DNA from: Eledone cirrhosa
Lineage: Eukaryota
Reading direction: 5' to 3'
DNA length: 64,000 nt
Assembly (NCBI GenBank): GCA_964016885.1
Contig: OZ024743.1
Span: 148,862,001 to 148,926,000, forward strand
In this document: positions 49,695 through 64,000 of the stretch, one piece after another
Numbering within the stretch: position 1 is the first letter of the stretch
Layout: each line of letters opens with the position of its first letter
The notes under the pieces: model-generated
Told to the model about the DNA's origin: nothing
Seen by the model: only the letters and a program-made list of their open reading frames with translations
The model's database searches: none
Made by a program: the position numbers and the translations under genes

Positions 49695-50564
49695 GAGTTA
49701 CAACAAAAGCTACAGCGACATTCCATCTGTCGTTGGAAATATATTTTCAATGTTTATGACAAGCAAGAAATCTATTGACAAGAATGTTTATGAAACAAAC
49801 ACCTATTTTTTGTATTCCTTATTTTAAATATCCATTTCGTTTTCACTTTTTTCTCTCATTCTTTACCTTTCATTTTTGTTTTGTAATAGTTAATTTTTTT
49901 CTTTGTATTTATCTCCACTCAAACTTGCTCTATGAGAAAATTATGGCAGTTTTACTTTTACCAATCACACATACATACATACATACACACACACACCACA
50001 CACACACACACACACCACACACACATACACACACACACATGTATATATATATATATGCCAATAATAATCAATATTCACAACTTGTGGTTGACACATGTTT
50101 TGGAAGTCGAAACCAGAATATTTTTGTCCAGGTGAAATGGAATTGTAGGTATCACAACTGTTTCTTAGTTAAACTGTAGTAATACGTAATTCTACCACTC
50201 TAATAATAGTTATAATGGCTTCTGATTTAGACACAAGGGCAATAATTTGGTGGGGGAGAAATTGATTCACACGACCCCAGTGCATAACATCAAAATATAT
50301 ATAGTTTTTATATTTTTTTGGCGATACCAATGTGGTCAAAAACCAGCATGCAGGAGTTTTAACGAATACAAATTTAACATAATAAATGTTTTCATGATCC
50401 CAAACGGAGAAATCAGGCTTTGCTAACATTAATTTTCCATACATATCATAAAGATCCTTATATATACCAATTGCATTTTTTTTCAACCACTTTTTTAAAA
50501 ATCATTTTCCTTATATAACATGATTTTTATATAACGTTTTCTAACGTCCACACTATTTATATAT

Positions 50565-51378
50565 ATTCTATTCTATTCTAGGGCGGGTAAAATTCCCGAG
50601 ATCCATGGACGAGTTCTCTCCAGCGGTCTCTGTCCCTCATTATCGCTGCCATGTCCTGCGTCTCCAACAGACCAGTGTCTGTCCTTAGGCCATCAAGATA
50701 TGTTAACCTTGGTCTTCCTCTTCCAGTGTGTCCATGTAGGGGCTCCCACAGGAGCACTGAGTCCAATGTCAACTCTGGATGTCGGTGAGCATGTCCAGCT
50801 AACCTCAGTCTCCTCTGTGTCACTTTTGAGCTGACTTTTGGGAGGCTCCCATACAGCTCTGAGTTTTTCATCCTCAGTCTATACTGATTAATGTTCAGAG
50901 CCATCCTCGGCATTCTCGTGTAGCACCCATCCACCATCTGAGTGAGTTTCTTGGTCAGTGTCCACGTCTCAGACCCGTACAGCAGCACAGACTCCACTAC
51001 AGCAATGAAGAGGCGGATTTTCAGGTCTTTACGAAGGTCCGACTTCCACACCGATCTCAAGCTGTGGCACGCCACCCAGGCTTTGCTCTTCCTCTCAACC
51101 ACACCATATTCCGTATTCCCAATCTTTGCTCCCAAATACAGGAAGTCCTCGACCAATTCTAGCGGCTTCCCGCCTACATTAGGGATCCCCTCTGGCTTCT
51201 CAACATTCTCTACCAGATATTTTGTTTTAGTCTCATTCATTCTCAGCGCCACACTCATCGACACAGTCTCAACCCCCTGCATCAAATCCTCTGCCTCCTT
51301 CACTCTATTTGTCACCAAAACTATGTCGTCGGCAAATTCAGCATCCGATATCTTTTTCGCCTTAACTCTCCTGCTCTG
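50565..51378 (-). mobile_element. 5'-truncated RTE-like LINE with intact C-terminal frame and (AATAG)n tail
   Basis: FADDIVL, LRMN..KT, FLYLG, VLLYGSETWTL, RRLRLAGH, RGRPR, DR..WR; the stop codon abuts the tail. Confidence 0.92.
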
Positions 51379-51399
51379 ACACACACGCACACACATATA

Positions 51400-52057
51400 T
51401 CTATATATATAAAGTTGTAGTTCTTGTCTGTTTGTTTGTTTTTTCACGAACTCCTCCTATGGTTTTGGAGATAGACCCCCATAACTATATATATTATAAA
51501 ACTACATTGCCCAGGGTACTTGGATAAATACATTTCATTTTAATCAAAGGGTTCCCTGGGGGCACAAACCCCCGCAGAAGCCCCCACTGAAACTTCTTTC
51601 CCTTCGATTTATATGAAATTTAAATCATAGGTAAATGACAAGATATGATGCATATTCACAAAATTTCAGCACATTTCAATAATATTAAGATACCCTAATG
51701 GGGGTTAAACACCCTATAGTGAAAATCTTGGAAGCCCATAACTTGAGTATTGGAACTTTGAATTTCTAATTTGAAAATAATGCTTTACACAAAAATGAAA
51801 TGATCAAGTTTTGAATTGATATTTTGAAAATAATTATTTACAAGAAACAAAGTAAGAATAAGATTTAATAATGTAATTTTGATTTGATATATTACAAAGA
51901 TTTATGTTTTCCAATTTTTCATGCATTACATTTTACATTGAGTAATATTGAAATGCAGAGTTTTTTCTCCATAAATTATATCACTGATTTAAAATCAATC
52001 ATCATTTTCTTACAAAAATATGTGTGAAACGCAACAAGGCGCGAATAATTCTGCTAG
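51400..52057 (+). mobile_element. Non-autonomous Helitron
   Basis: A|TCTATATATATAAAG...GTCTGTTTGTTTG 5' end; ...CTAG|T 3' end; no TSD; the subterminal hairpin is weak. Confidence 0.65.
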
Positions 52058-52081
52058 TGAGTGTATATATATATATATGTA

Positions 52082-53364
52082 CTAGCTGAGGTACCAGGTA
52101 ATAGCCGGGAGTGGGGTATTCTCAGTTCCCATTAAAATGCTTCTCAGACCAAAAATGAAATCAAAATATACCACACATAATCAAAAGCGAAAACAAATTC
52201 ATTTACGAAACAATAATACAAACAAATATTGTTGATTGCATTGGTTAGGCGAAAAAAATGTTTGTCAGAGAAGTTGAGTTTTGCTATAAGGAAAAGAAAT
52301 AGAACCGTGGGATAGGCTAAGAATTTTTTTCCAAGAGAAACTGAAGACTTACAATAACTGCTGGATTAGTAAAGGACTAATATCCCTTTGCGTGAGCGAT
52401 ATCAAGTGTTATTTCTGCACAAACAATTGTATTACTTAAACCCTAGAAACGCTGGGTACCTCAGCTAGTCCAAAGGTTAAGTGTTAGCATAAACTACTGG
52501 TATATGTATTTGAAGTAAACGTTGTAAAGAAAAGGTACGCCCATATCACCTGCTATAAAAGGATGCTATGTGCTCCTAATTTCTTTACCTCTTTTCTCGT
52601 TTTAAGTATATTCGTTCATTTAATGTAGTTTGATTGTTAGTATAATTTAGGTTACACATAAAATATTACAATTGAAGTGCAAACCAATTGAAATATACTT
52701 ACCTAGAAAAAAAATTAAATTTGAAGATTGGGCAAATCAAAAACGGATTCGTATTGAAATGCAGAATTAGCAAATGCTAATGAGATTACCCTTAATAGGA
52801 TGTGCGTTTATATAGTTACACTTAGCGTGAGAATGAGCTATCGATTATTTTCAGCAAGCAAGTGTGCAAACTTTCGAATCGTAATCTTTGTTGCAGGTGG
52901 TGAGAAAATAAATGTTACAGCAAGCAGAGAATATTAAGTTGATTTATGGAGAACATTTTAAGCCCACAACAGCTAAAGTCAAATTTCGCTCATCAGCTAA
53001 TCAAAAATCAGCTTACGCGTTGCTCTTGTGGTCTGGATACTTTTCTTTAGCAAAATGCCGTCCTTAGCAGATAATCTATCTGTGTTTCAAGTTTGAAGGA
53101 AATCGGTTAAGAGCTTTAAAAGTTATGGCAGAAAATAACACTCATATGAGCATTTGCATACACATTTCCTATTCATTCTTGAAATATCGATGCAGACTGG
53201 AAATTATCGATTTTTTGGAACTTCAAAGTACGTAAGAAATCAAATGGGCATGAGCCCCAGACACGTGTCAAGTTTCATCAAGATCTGTTTGGTAGCTTTT
53301 GAGCTTTAGGTTCACAAACAAACACACACACAAACAGACACAAATTGCCATTTATGTATATAGA
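52082..53364 (-). mobile_element. Non-autonomous Helitron
   Basis: Minus strand A|TCTATATACATAAATG...GTCTGTTTG 5' end and GC-rich CCCGGC...CCTGG-TACCTCAG-CTAG|T 3' end. Confidence 0.7.
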
Positions 53365-53481
53365 TATATGTGTGCGTGTTTATGTACGTATATGTAGAAA
53401 TTCATATACATTCGTATTCACCCTGACGTCGGTTATCAGCCAGCTCGTCAAGGTTCAAGTCTTCCTCAAACATACGAACAC

Positions 53482-54311
<830 letters not shown>

Positions 54312-54651
54312 ATCTTATACATATTACTAATGGGTCGATAAAATATCGTACCCTGGAAATATATAAAATCTTAAGCAACTTAAATATAAGGAGCCTCACC
54401 ATAATCACTACCTTAAAAAGAGTCTACGAATTGAAAAATAAATAAGTCAGGTCACTGCAATAGTTTGAGATGGTCACCATTATATGATCAAATTCTTCGA
54501 CTATTGACCCGTTAGTGATATTTATAAGATGTTATATATATATATATATATATATGCTTCTTAAAGATAATGTTTTCATTAGAATGTTATGTATATTCGT
54601 GACGAATTTTAAATGTGTATAATTAATTATATAATACACACACACACACAC

Positions 54652-54687
<36 letters not shown>

Positions 54688-55456
54688 TGATTAACTCAGG
54701 GATAGACAACGTCAATATGTAATTGAAAGCTAGTTCCTCTAAAACAACAGTTAGCCTTGCAAGACCTATAATAAGCTACATACTCCTCAATGGGTCCTTC
54801 TTGTGCCATGACGTTTCTTTGCCTTGAGAAAGTTATATTGAGTTATATAATAGAAGTATATGCATACATGTTGAATATACACTTACGTATAGAATATTTG
54901 TACTAGATTGAACTGTTTAAGACAATAGACATTATAATCTCACACCCTTGCTCACTTGACAAAATATGATTACAAACCCACTGTCATTGTAAATGTTATT
55001 TATATATGGACATTTTTTCATTACTAATATCTTATGAAAATTAGTTATTCTTTTTATAGATAGTTTTTCTTCTCTTATTTTATTTATTTTTATAATATAC
55101 TTTGAATAACATCCGTGTTTCTTCTTCGGTCCAACACTTAAGAGTGTTCTTTTAAAATATTTTTTCTTGCAAGGAAAACAAAACAAACGTGAAGAAGAAA
55201 AAAACAATGAAAGACATTCTATAAATAATATTTTTTGTACTGACTCTTGAGTTGTAACAAGATTAATGTTTTGCAAGTGCTTAACATTGTAATCATATTA
55301 AGGGTATCACACATGTTAGCAGAAACTGAAAACTAAAATGCAGCACTGACAATCTGTGTTTCATTTCTCATGCTGAACACTTTACTCCTTATAGTAAGTA
55401 TACACATATATATGCATACATATATATACATACATATCATACATACATATAAATAA

Positions 55457-55606
<150 letters not shown>

Positions 55607-56749
55607 TTATGTATCTATTTAAGTTCAGTCCGATAACTGTTGATAGGAACATTTGGTGAATTCGCACTAAGAAATCTCAGATGGCTGTCAAAGAAATTCC
55701 TGCTGGGTGATAATACATCTTTGATATTTGCTCAGCTGAATATGCTGGAAGAATTTGTGTTTAATTGTAGGAAAGAATTTGTTAATAATTACAAATGTAT
55801 ACAAATCGCACTAAAGAGCCAAGGGTAGCCTAAACAAGGACAACAAAAAATAGATTTAACAAAAGAACAAAAAAATCTCTTACACGAAAACAGCATTTGT
55901 TGAGGTCAGTATGTCTGTTGAGTAAATACCAAATGGAGGTTAAATAAGAGCTTGTGGTGAGCACAGATTGTGAAACATATGAGAACTCCATTTCGCTCTT
56001 TAGATGTGTACTCATACACCCTGTTGACTCTATTAAGTTGAACTTTGGTAAGTTTACGTTTTCAATGACTTTTTTTGTTTTATTTATGACAAAGATATTT
56101 TGTAAAGAGATTTTTTGTTTTACTTTGTTTCTCAAAATATTTACCAAATGCCTTTAAATGTTATAACAATTGAAATAATTTATTTACAATTTTTATATAT
56201 AAGGCTCCTTCAATATTTATATTTTTCCTTCTTATGCAGTAGACTTTTTGTATATATATATACAGAGAGAAAGGGTGAGTTATGCATAAGACATATTGTA
56301 TGTCAAATTTCAGCCCATTACGTATGCAGAAAACATTACATATTCATCTATTCATACATAACCGCAGGAAGATATTTTTTATTCCTTCAAGGGTGGAATG
56401 TTATATTTGTTAGAAAATCACACTAAATAACACTTTGACTCTCAACAAACAATAACAAAAAATATAATAGCAATAAACACAGTGTAATAAGATCCTTCTA
56501 TTATTAGAGAATTAAAACGTATGTGGTGATCATGATATTCAGCAATTAGAAAATGATTACAAACTAGCTTCTATAAACATGCAAAAGTATCTAATTAATT
56601 TATGGAGAAGGAACATCATGTATGGTCTTTGTATACTTCCCAAACTGATTAGATTAATGTGGTTGAGGATCAGTTTGAACTTTTGTAAATTATTCTGTAG
56701 GTAAAATGTGAGCATGAGAGGGGGGACATTCCAAAGTTTTTGCAGCTCT

Positions 56750-57600
56750 ACGAAGGAATCATTTAGAAAATATATTTAGTGTGTGAAGGGAGTCTGTAAG
56801 ATTGAAACAAATTAGGTGAATTTCCTAGATGAAGAGATTTGGTGGCATGCAATTTGATAGTCCAGAGAGCGTTATTCCTCTTAGTAGTGATAGATGGATA
56901 GAAAAAGGCGACAACAGACAAATGAGTCAGTATTTTTAATGTATTGTTGAATCTTTATTAACTAATCGAATGATTATTTATTCCGATATAATTCATGGTA
57001 TTTACTTGTAACAACATCACAATGACAAATTGAAAGCACAATTGGTTGCAGTATCTGGAGTGCTGCTTATGGGGTCATCGTGGTTCGAATGGTGATATGA
57101 AAGATGACTATGTAATGTAAGTAGAGAGACTCTTGGCAAGGTCAGATGGCCACGATATTATTTTAAAGATGAGAGAGCTTTCGGGTTGTGATGCACTATG
57201 GCATTGTGTGTTCCTATGATTGTAAACATAAATGCCTCCCAGTTGGTGATGGTGGGTCACTTTTGCTGAGTATAAGTTGATTTTTCTATTTATACTACTG
57301 CAGTAAGATTCCAAATGATCTGCTTGATGGTGTTATAATTATGAGTTTTAGTTGGTTGAGAGATACAGTAGTATATATATAGAGAGAGAGGTTTGTTAAT
57401 GGTTGGTCATTTAGCTATCTTGGATGGATCAGAGATAACATATATTTGCTACTAGACATTACACCAGCAATCGGCCTCATGCTACGTTTCTGGAGCAGGT
57501 TTATAAAGACCAAAGCAGATGCCATGCTGAATGTGGAAACGTGGTGAAGTATAATTATCAACATTGTACGAGGAAACTTGACATGATGCTTTGTGGTCAA
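56750..57600 (-). pseudogene. Possible ancient Penelope-like C-terminal remnant
   Basis: Faint GIY-YIG-like traces (YIG near 56980-56990); very eroded. Confidence 0.3.
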
Positions 57601-58833
57601 CATAGAACTGACAGAGATTTGATCAGTTAGATAATCTGAATTACAAGAGTGAGAACAAAAAATAACACAAATCGTGAAAGACACAAACAACGCGAGAAGC
57701 TGTCATCCATGTTCACAGAGAACAACAGATATAAGATATTGCCTGAAGCAGTCGACATCTATAAGAAGAAACGTTCTCAAATAAAAGCTAAAACTAAAAT
57801 TCAAGAGGAACTGAACAGATTCATAATGAACCAACGATGGAACCTACCATACAAAAAATAAAAGGATATGGTATACAATGTCACTGATACAAAACAAAAA
57901 AAGGCTGAAATGATTTCGATGATAGTTTTGCTCGTTTAACCTTGACCTGGTGTTAAACAAAAAATGAATAGTGATCACAGCATGCACTGCCGCACCTATC
58001 TGTACAATATCTGAAGACTGCCAGACCTGATATTTCTTTTAATCTACGATTCCACAGAAGTATGTACAACAACAACAAACGTTATACCTCTCACCCAATG
58101 ATTACTTAACCTTAAGTGAACAACAATAAAAGCAGGATCAACAGAAATAGTATCAAATAAATTCATTCGGAGATATGAATATAGGCACTCATAAGCAATT
58201 ATTTCCCTGAAATCTAACTTTCTCTATGTCTGGAAGTGAATGACTTTCTCAGATAATGCTTCCATCTACTTAGACATAATAGCAGATAGCATATAAGTCA
58301 TTGTCATATGTAATTATATGTCTCATTGTGCGTATCTATGTGTGTTTTAATGTATTATATATAAGCTTCAACACACACATTAATAGATGTATATAGGCAG
58401 CAAGTGCCAGAATGACGTTATATGAGTTTGTGTGTGTAACTATTCTAAGTAAAATGTACTAAATGGGAACACTTTCTAAGCACTGTAGTTGTGACATCAC
58501 TTATGAACATGCCGAAGCAGTTATGTCCTGCTGTGTAGTGATTCGGCCAGCATCATAACACATTTGCATTAAATTATGGGTTAACATCAGGAAGGGAATC
58601 CAGCCCTATAAAATCAGCTAACAAGGGTTCTCGTCTAACCTATGCAAGCATTGAAAAATGGACGTGGTGTACATAAAATAGTGTTCATAATGATATTGTT
58701 ATAATGCAAATTATTGCGTAGACAAGAAAAAAGAGGGGTCAATATGTAGTGGAGATTTATTATCGTAACTATAGGCTGAAAACTTCAATACTTGTTACTC
58801 CAGATTTTACATCAAATTTAGAGAGAATCAAGC

Positions 58834-58868
<35 letters not shown>

Positions 58869-59184
58869 ATATATAATTATATATATATATATAATGTGTA
58901 TAGCCTCTTTGAGTCAAGCAAAATAAATTCAGAATATTCTAACATAACACTGGGTCCTGATAAGACACTAAGAGAAGTAGTCAACATGAGCAGATCATGT
59001 AATGAGTTTTTAATTAATTCTTAAAACATAAGAATCTAAAAAAACACAACATAAGATGTATATGAAAACATAATATATGTGAAAAGATTTCATTAAAATG
59101 TTATAAAGAATATATGATGGACTCTCAAGTCGTATTTCAACAGTTTTCTCAGTTTACATTTTAAAAGGCTCTTGATTCCTTTTA

Positions 59185-59600
59185 ACGCAGCGCCTGTAGA
59201 TCAGCTGCTCTAGCTGCCCATCAGGCATCCTTCATCTTTCTAAGTGAGGACTGTGACTGCTGCTTACAATATTTATAGGCTTTCTTTGGGGTGTTGAGTT
59301 ATTATCTCCAAGCCAAAGCCTGTGTAGGTTATGCTTCTCTCTGATAACTTTCTGGACATCTGAGGTTCTTTTATCAAAGCAGTCCTGGTGATATCTCATA
59401 GGAAATCCCAAAATTTCTACGGAGGGTGCATAGGTGGCATGTTTGATCGTTTTTCAGAAAGCCCCAATGTCATGAGAAATCTGGACAGAGTCGAAGGATG
59501 AATCAAGTTTTGCAGAAAGTTTCAGCCTCCTATCAGTGGATCTTAAAGCACCCACACCCACCTTGGATGTGATAGGTAGCTTTTAAAGATGCCTTTTGTT
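59185..59600 (-). pseudogene. RTE-BovB-like LINE internal fragment (EN-RT linker)
   Basis: Minus frames give KTIKHATYAPSVEILGF..RYHQDCFD....VQKVIREKH...LRKMKDA*WAARAADLQ. Confidence 0.7.
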
Positions 59601-61352
59601 GGGAAGATTTAATGAAATTTTACTGCGCAACAGTGCATGATCCGAGAGATCGCGGGAAAAGTAAAACGAGCGAGTAATCTTTTAATATTTTAGGTCATGC
59701 CTGTGTGTGAAGACAGTAAATCATGTACCAGTACCCCAGGTATTGGATGGCCATTGATTCTCAAGGGTTTCTCCGCCTTTTTTAACGGGTTTGTTTTTCA
59801 AGCATATGTGTGTATGTGAGAGAGAGGGGGGGGGGGGGGGGGGGTAGGAAAAGTAAATGAATAAAAAACACAAGGAAACGATACAGTTTAATAAAGATAT
59901 TAGTTGACGTTTGATGTGGTAGGAAAATAGTCTTAACGTTTCGGATACACACATGAATTCATAAATACAGGCTTTTAAAAATTACAAAATGTAAACATTC
60001 ATTTAAAAGTAAATTGAAAATGCAAAATGTTAAAACATTGAATGTAAAATGACACAAGACAAAATATAATATTGCTGCTAACTAAGCATTGGCTGGCAGC
60101 CTAAACACTGGGAGACAAAGAAATAGTACTTAGTTGCAATTACGAAGTGACCGGAAAGGACACATGGTTTTCAGAAAGAAGCTACCTAAAATCAACAAAG
60201 ATCGTTGCGACGCTTCACAGTGACTTTTGACGTATTATTCAGCCAACACAAAATATTTACGTTTTAATTATGATCATATGTGTGAACCTATAGCACTTTA
60301 TATCATGGATGTTTTCAAAAAAGAAACTCTACAATAACCAGCGGCATTTACAATGATGACGGGTTGCTGATATCAGAAAATATGAGCAGCGCAGACTTAA
60401 AAGTTTTCGGAAAGGCTTAAAATAACAGTAGAAAAAGTAATCTTAGCATGGTTAATTTTTTGGATGACTCTGTAAATCGCAGCCCAGACAATTTCATGTC
60501 GGACACTAATAATTTGAGGTATAAAAGGAAAACACGCAGGATCTTATAGCATAGTCCAGTCTTTAATCTGGGCGTAAAGACTAACGAGACTAAGAGAAGT
60601 GAAAAAAGCAATTCAAATATAGTACCTACCTCCAACTGTGTTTTCTCTTGTAAATGTTCACTTATTGGTAAATGCACGATGACATCTATTGTTGTATTGC
60701 GCTAAAGCCCACGTAAGCGTCAACTCTTCACCGAAATCCTTCATCGGACTCGGGCAAAACAGCTTCAAATCAAGGATTTATCGCCATATTCGTTGGTTAA
60801 TCTCCACAGACGCAACATAACAGTTTTATTTAAAATATATTTGTTTACTTAGATACATGTTTTGTCGCGCATTCAGAATCAGTTAGTCCACCTGAGACTG
60901 GGCCCAGTCATTTTGGCACAAAGGATTTACACCAAGGCTCCGTTGTCAATTGTGCTTGACTGAGAAAATACAAACTTCCAGATGAATAAATTTCAGGTCA
61001 GAACTGTTAAAGTCTTCTTGACTCACACAAATTTACCAATTGGTCTATGATAAAAACGTTTTAACACAAAATTCGTTTTGTTTTGATTGAGTGGTAATTA
61101 TCAAATACCCTATGTTACTTCGCAGTTGCGAAGAACTCTTACAACTTCTGGTCACTTTCCAATTCCAGCTGGTTAATACCTGCTTTACATTATAATATTT
61201 ATTGTATTCTACATTGATTTACCTTACTTTTTGTCATCTTATATTAAATATTCTATAAATTTCCGTTTCAAATAAATTTTCAATCAAATTTTACATTTTG
61301 TAATTTTTAGAAGTCCACATTTATTTGTTCATAATTTTTAGCATAATGTTTG

Positions 61353-61411
<59 letters not shown>

Positions 61412-62142
61412 AATGAGCTTGTTTAGGATATTTTTATATTAACGTATATTATTATTACCAATATTAATCACAATTTTCACTGAACAAAGAAAAAGTAAAA
61501 TTGTAGATTCGTAAATGTAATGCAAATCGTTGATTTCTGAAACATTTTTCGAAAGGAAAGTTGCAGCCACTTACGCGAGCAGTTACAACTATTATATCGT
61601 TATGTATTTTCATAGATATATCTCATTTTCATTTTTTTTATGTTTTCAGAGTGCAGGTATGTGGCTTAGTGGTTATGGCTTTGGACTTACGATCATAAGG
61701 CCTTACGTCTGATTCCTGTATCGTGTGTACTAAGTTTCAGCTCACGTTGTCTTTCATAGTAGATCTGAAGCCTCTATAATTAAAACACACAAGAACATTC
61801 ATATGAACTGCAGCTTCATAGAAGACATGCTAAACCGACATAAGTGTCAGCTATAAAATACGTATTTTTCGTTTCTTATTTTCATAGGTCCTTATGCCCT
61901 CGAAACATAGTTAAAATCAATTGCACAACTAGGTATATGTCTACTCCCTCTTACAGCATCTTATAAGGGTCCAACCATTACATTTAAACAGTTACGCAGT
62001 TTTGGTGGGTTTTTTGGCAGACGTTATATATATTGGTTGTACTCTCTCTAAAATCCCCTGTTGTTCAAAGATCACAACATAATACTCAGAGTAACGATTA
62101 GGGATGTTTTTAGTATATAATATATATAATATTATATTATAT

Positions 62143-62383
62143 ATCTATCTATCTAAGGCGGGTAAAATTCCCGAGATCCATGGACGAGTTCTCTCCAGCG
62201 GTCTCTGTCCCTCATTATCGCTGCCATGCCCTGCGTCTCCAACAGACCAGTGTCTGTCCTTAGGGCATCAACATACGTTAACCTTGGTCTTCCTCTTCTA
62301 GTGTGTCCATGTAGGGGCTCCCAAAGGAGCACTGAGTGCAATGTCAACTCTGGATGTCGGTGAGCATGTCCAGCTAACCTCAG

Positions 62384-62389
<6 letters not shown>
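62143..62389 (-). mobile_element. Short 5'-truncated copy of the 50565-51378 LINE
   Basis: Near-identical C-terminus (...DRDRWRELVHGSREFYPP*); (ATAG)n tail. Confidence 0.92.
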
Positions 62390-62476
<87 letters not shown>

Positions 62477-62482
<6 letters not shown>

Positions 62483-63350
62483 CAAGGTTTAGCAAATAGA
62501 GTAAAAGTTTTAAAATAAATTTTAAAAAGTTCGCTCTACTTACTATATGTACCCTTACCGCGCGGTTTCAAATCCCAAAATAAATGGATAATCCAGGCGG
62601 ACCACCATTGAGAAGGGGATTCTCGTCAGAAGGTTCTTCTCGCTCGGATAATATAAAATTCCCGAGTTCAAATCACAAACTGGCGCCATACAAAACTGTT
62701 CCCAGATGAGAGTGAATGAAGAAGAGACCAATTCTGTCTAGTGCCGTGTGTATAGTAAGTACAGCGAACTTTTTAAAATTTATTTTAAAACTTTTTCTCT
62801 ATTTGCTAAATCTTGATTTTATATGTTCTGGCTTGTTAATTTATTAACCTGCCATAGAACCTCATTGGCACACGGCTGGATAATACTTGTATCCCTATAT
62901 GTATTTTTCATAACATTTTGGTCGTTTGAACTGCTGCTATTTCTAGTGGCAGGACATTGACCTGTCCACCCTTGCCTTCTGTATTTACACACGACACTAG
63001 ACAGAATTGGTCCCTTCCTCATTCACTCTCATCTGGGAACAGTTTTGTATGGCGCGAGTTTGTGATTTGAACTCGGGAATTTTATATTCTCCGAGCTCTT
63101 CTCGCTCGGAGAATATAAAATTCCTTCTCAATTGTGGTCCGCCTGGATTATCTATTTATTTTGGGATTTGAAACCGCGCGGTAAGTGTACATATAGTAAG
63201 TACAGCGAAAAGTTTTTCTCTATTTGCTAAATCTTGATTTTATATGTCCTGGCTTGTTAATTTATTAACCTGCCATAGAAACACATTGGCACACGTTTGG
63301 ATAATACTTTTATCCCTATATGTATTTTTTGCACCTAAGCACACATACTT
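62477..63350. mobile_element. HHR-bearing non-coding element, family J: inverted arm plus partial tandem repeat
   Basis: 62477-62749 is inverted at ~62982-63242; ~62750-62908 is directly repeated at ~63192-63330; (TA)n flanks. Confidence 0.85.
62551..62634 (-). ncRNA. Type I hammerhead ribozyme, family J
   Basis: ACCUU-CUGACGA-GAAUCCC...GGGAUUU-GAAA-CCGCGCG-GUA^AGGGU. Confidence 0.9.
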
Positions 63351-63423
<73 letters not shown>

Positions 63424-63586
63424 GACATACAGTGAACAAGACGTCATGAAGAAAAGTTATATGACTAGATGTCCTTCCTAGCATCAATCTTCTGTGTAAA
63501 TATACTTACTCACACACATAGATATACATTTATATGTTTATAGATATATATATATACACACAGACACATAAACAGACACCACCACC

Positions 63587-63700
<114 letters not shown>

Positions 63701-64000
63701 TAGAAACACTCACACATGACCATACAAAAATAACTTCTATAATGTTTGCCATATGTCATAGAAATTGCTATCTGATCTCCCTACCCCTTCCACCTCTACC
63801 GCCGCCACCATGTTTGATAAGCAGAATTACAACCTTGTAAATGTCTGAGGGATGGAGATGGATATTTATATTTTGTCAGAGAACAATTTTATCTCTGAAT
63901 TAGTATAAAAGGTACTCAGTGCAAAGTTAATATCTAGTACCCACTCTAAAACTCTCATACAGACTTTTGTATGTTTTGTGTGTGTATATATATATATATA

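Noticed and set aside
50942-51379. 145-aa plus-strand ORF
   Set aside because: Antisense shadow of the LINE RT frame.
52968-53002. Minus-strand CUGAUGA-GC-GAAA in the Helitron
   Set aside because: No helix II loop and no helix I.
58950-59006. CTGATAA-GAC...GTC-AA-CATGA...TCATG-TA
   Set aside because: May be a decayed HHR, but both core halves are mutated and stem I is absent.

Overview
AT-rich, gene-poor eukaryotic DNA dense in (TA)n/(CA)n/(CT)n microsatellites and nested transposon debris. The repeat repertoire (tRNA-headed SINEs, RTE, Dong/R4, CRE and Tx1-like LINEs, Penelope-like elements, Helitrons, hAT) looks molluscan, probably octopus; this is inference only. I found no recognisable host protein-coding gene. 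Most ORF-track entries are microsatellite artefacts, and the rest are broken RT, endonuclease or transposase frames. The main hidden signal is non-coding RNA. Reading both strands by eye gave about 20 type I hammerhead ribozyme (HHR) motifs (CUGANGA...GAAA...NUH with pairable stems) in about 11 sequence families. They sit in Penelope-like pseudo-LTRs and in short non-coding, (TA)n-flanked elements with direct or inverted repeats. One element (7332-8325) has a retrozyme-like repeat-spacer-repeat layout predicted to release a ~0.63 kb unit RNA. Also seen: an HDV-like ribozyme remnant at an RTE 5' end, a SINE whose TSDs begin with ATTAT and whose tail matches a Tx1-like LINE 3' end, and many foldback duplications. 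All structures are hand-folded, none was tested, and coordinates may be off by a few bases.
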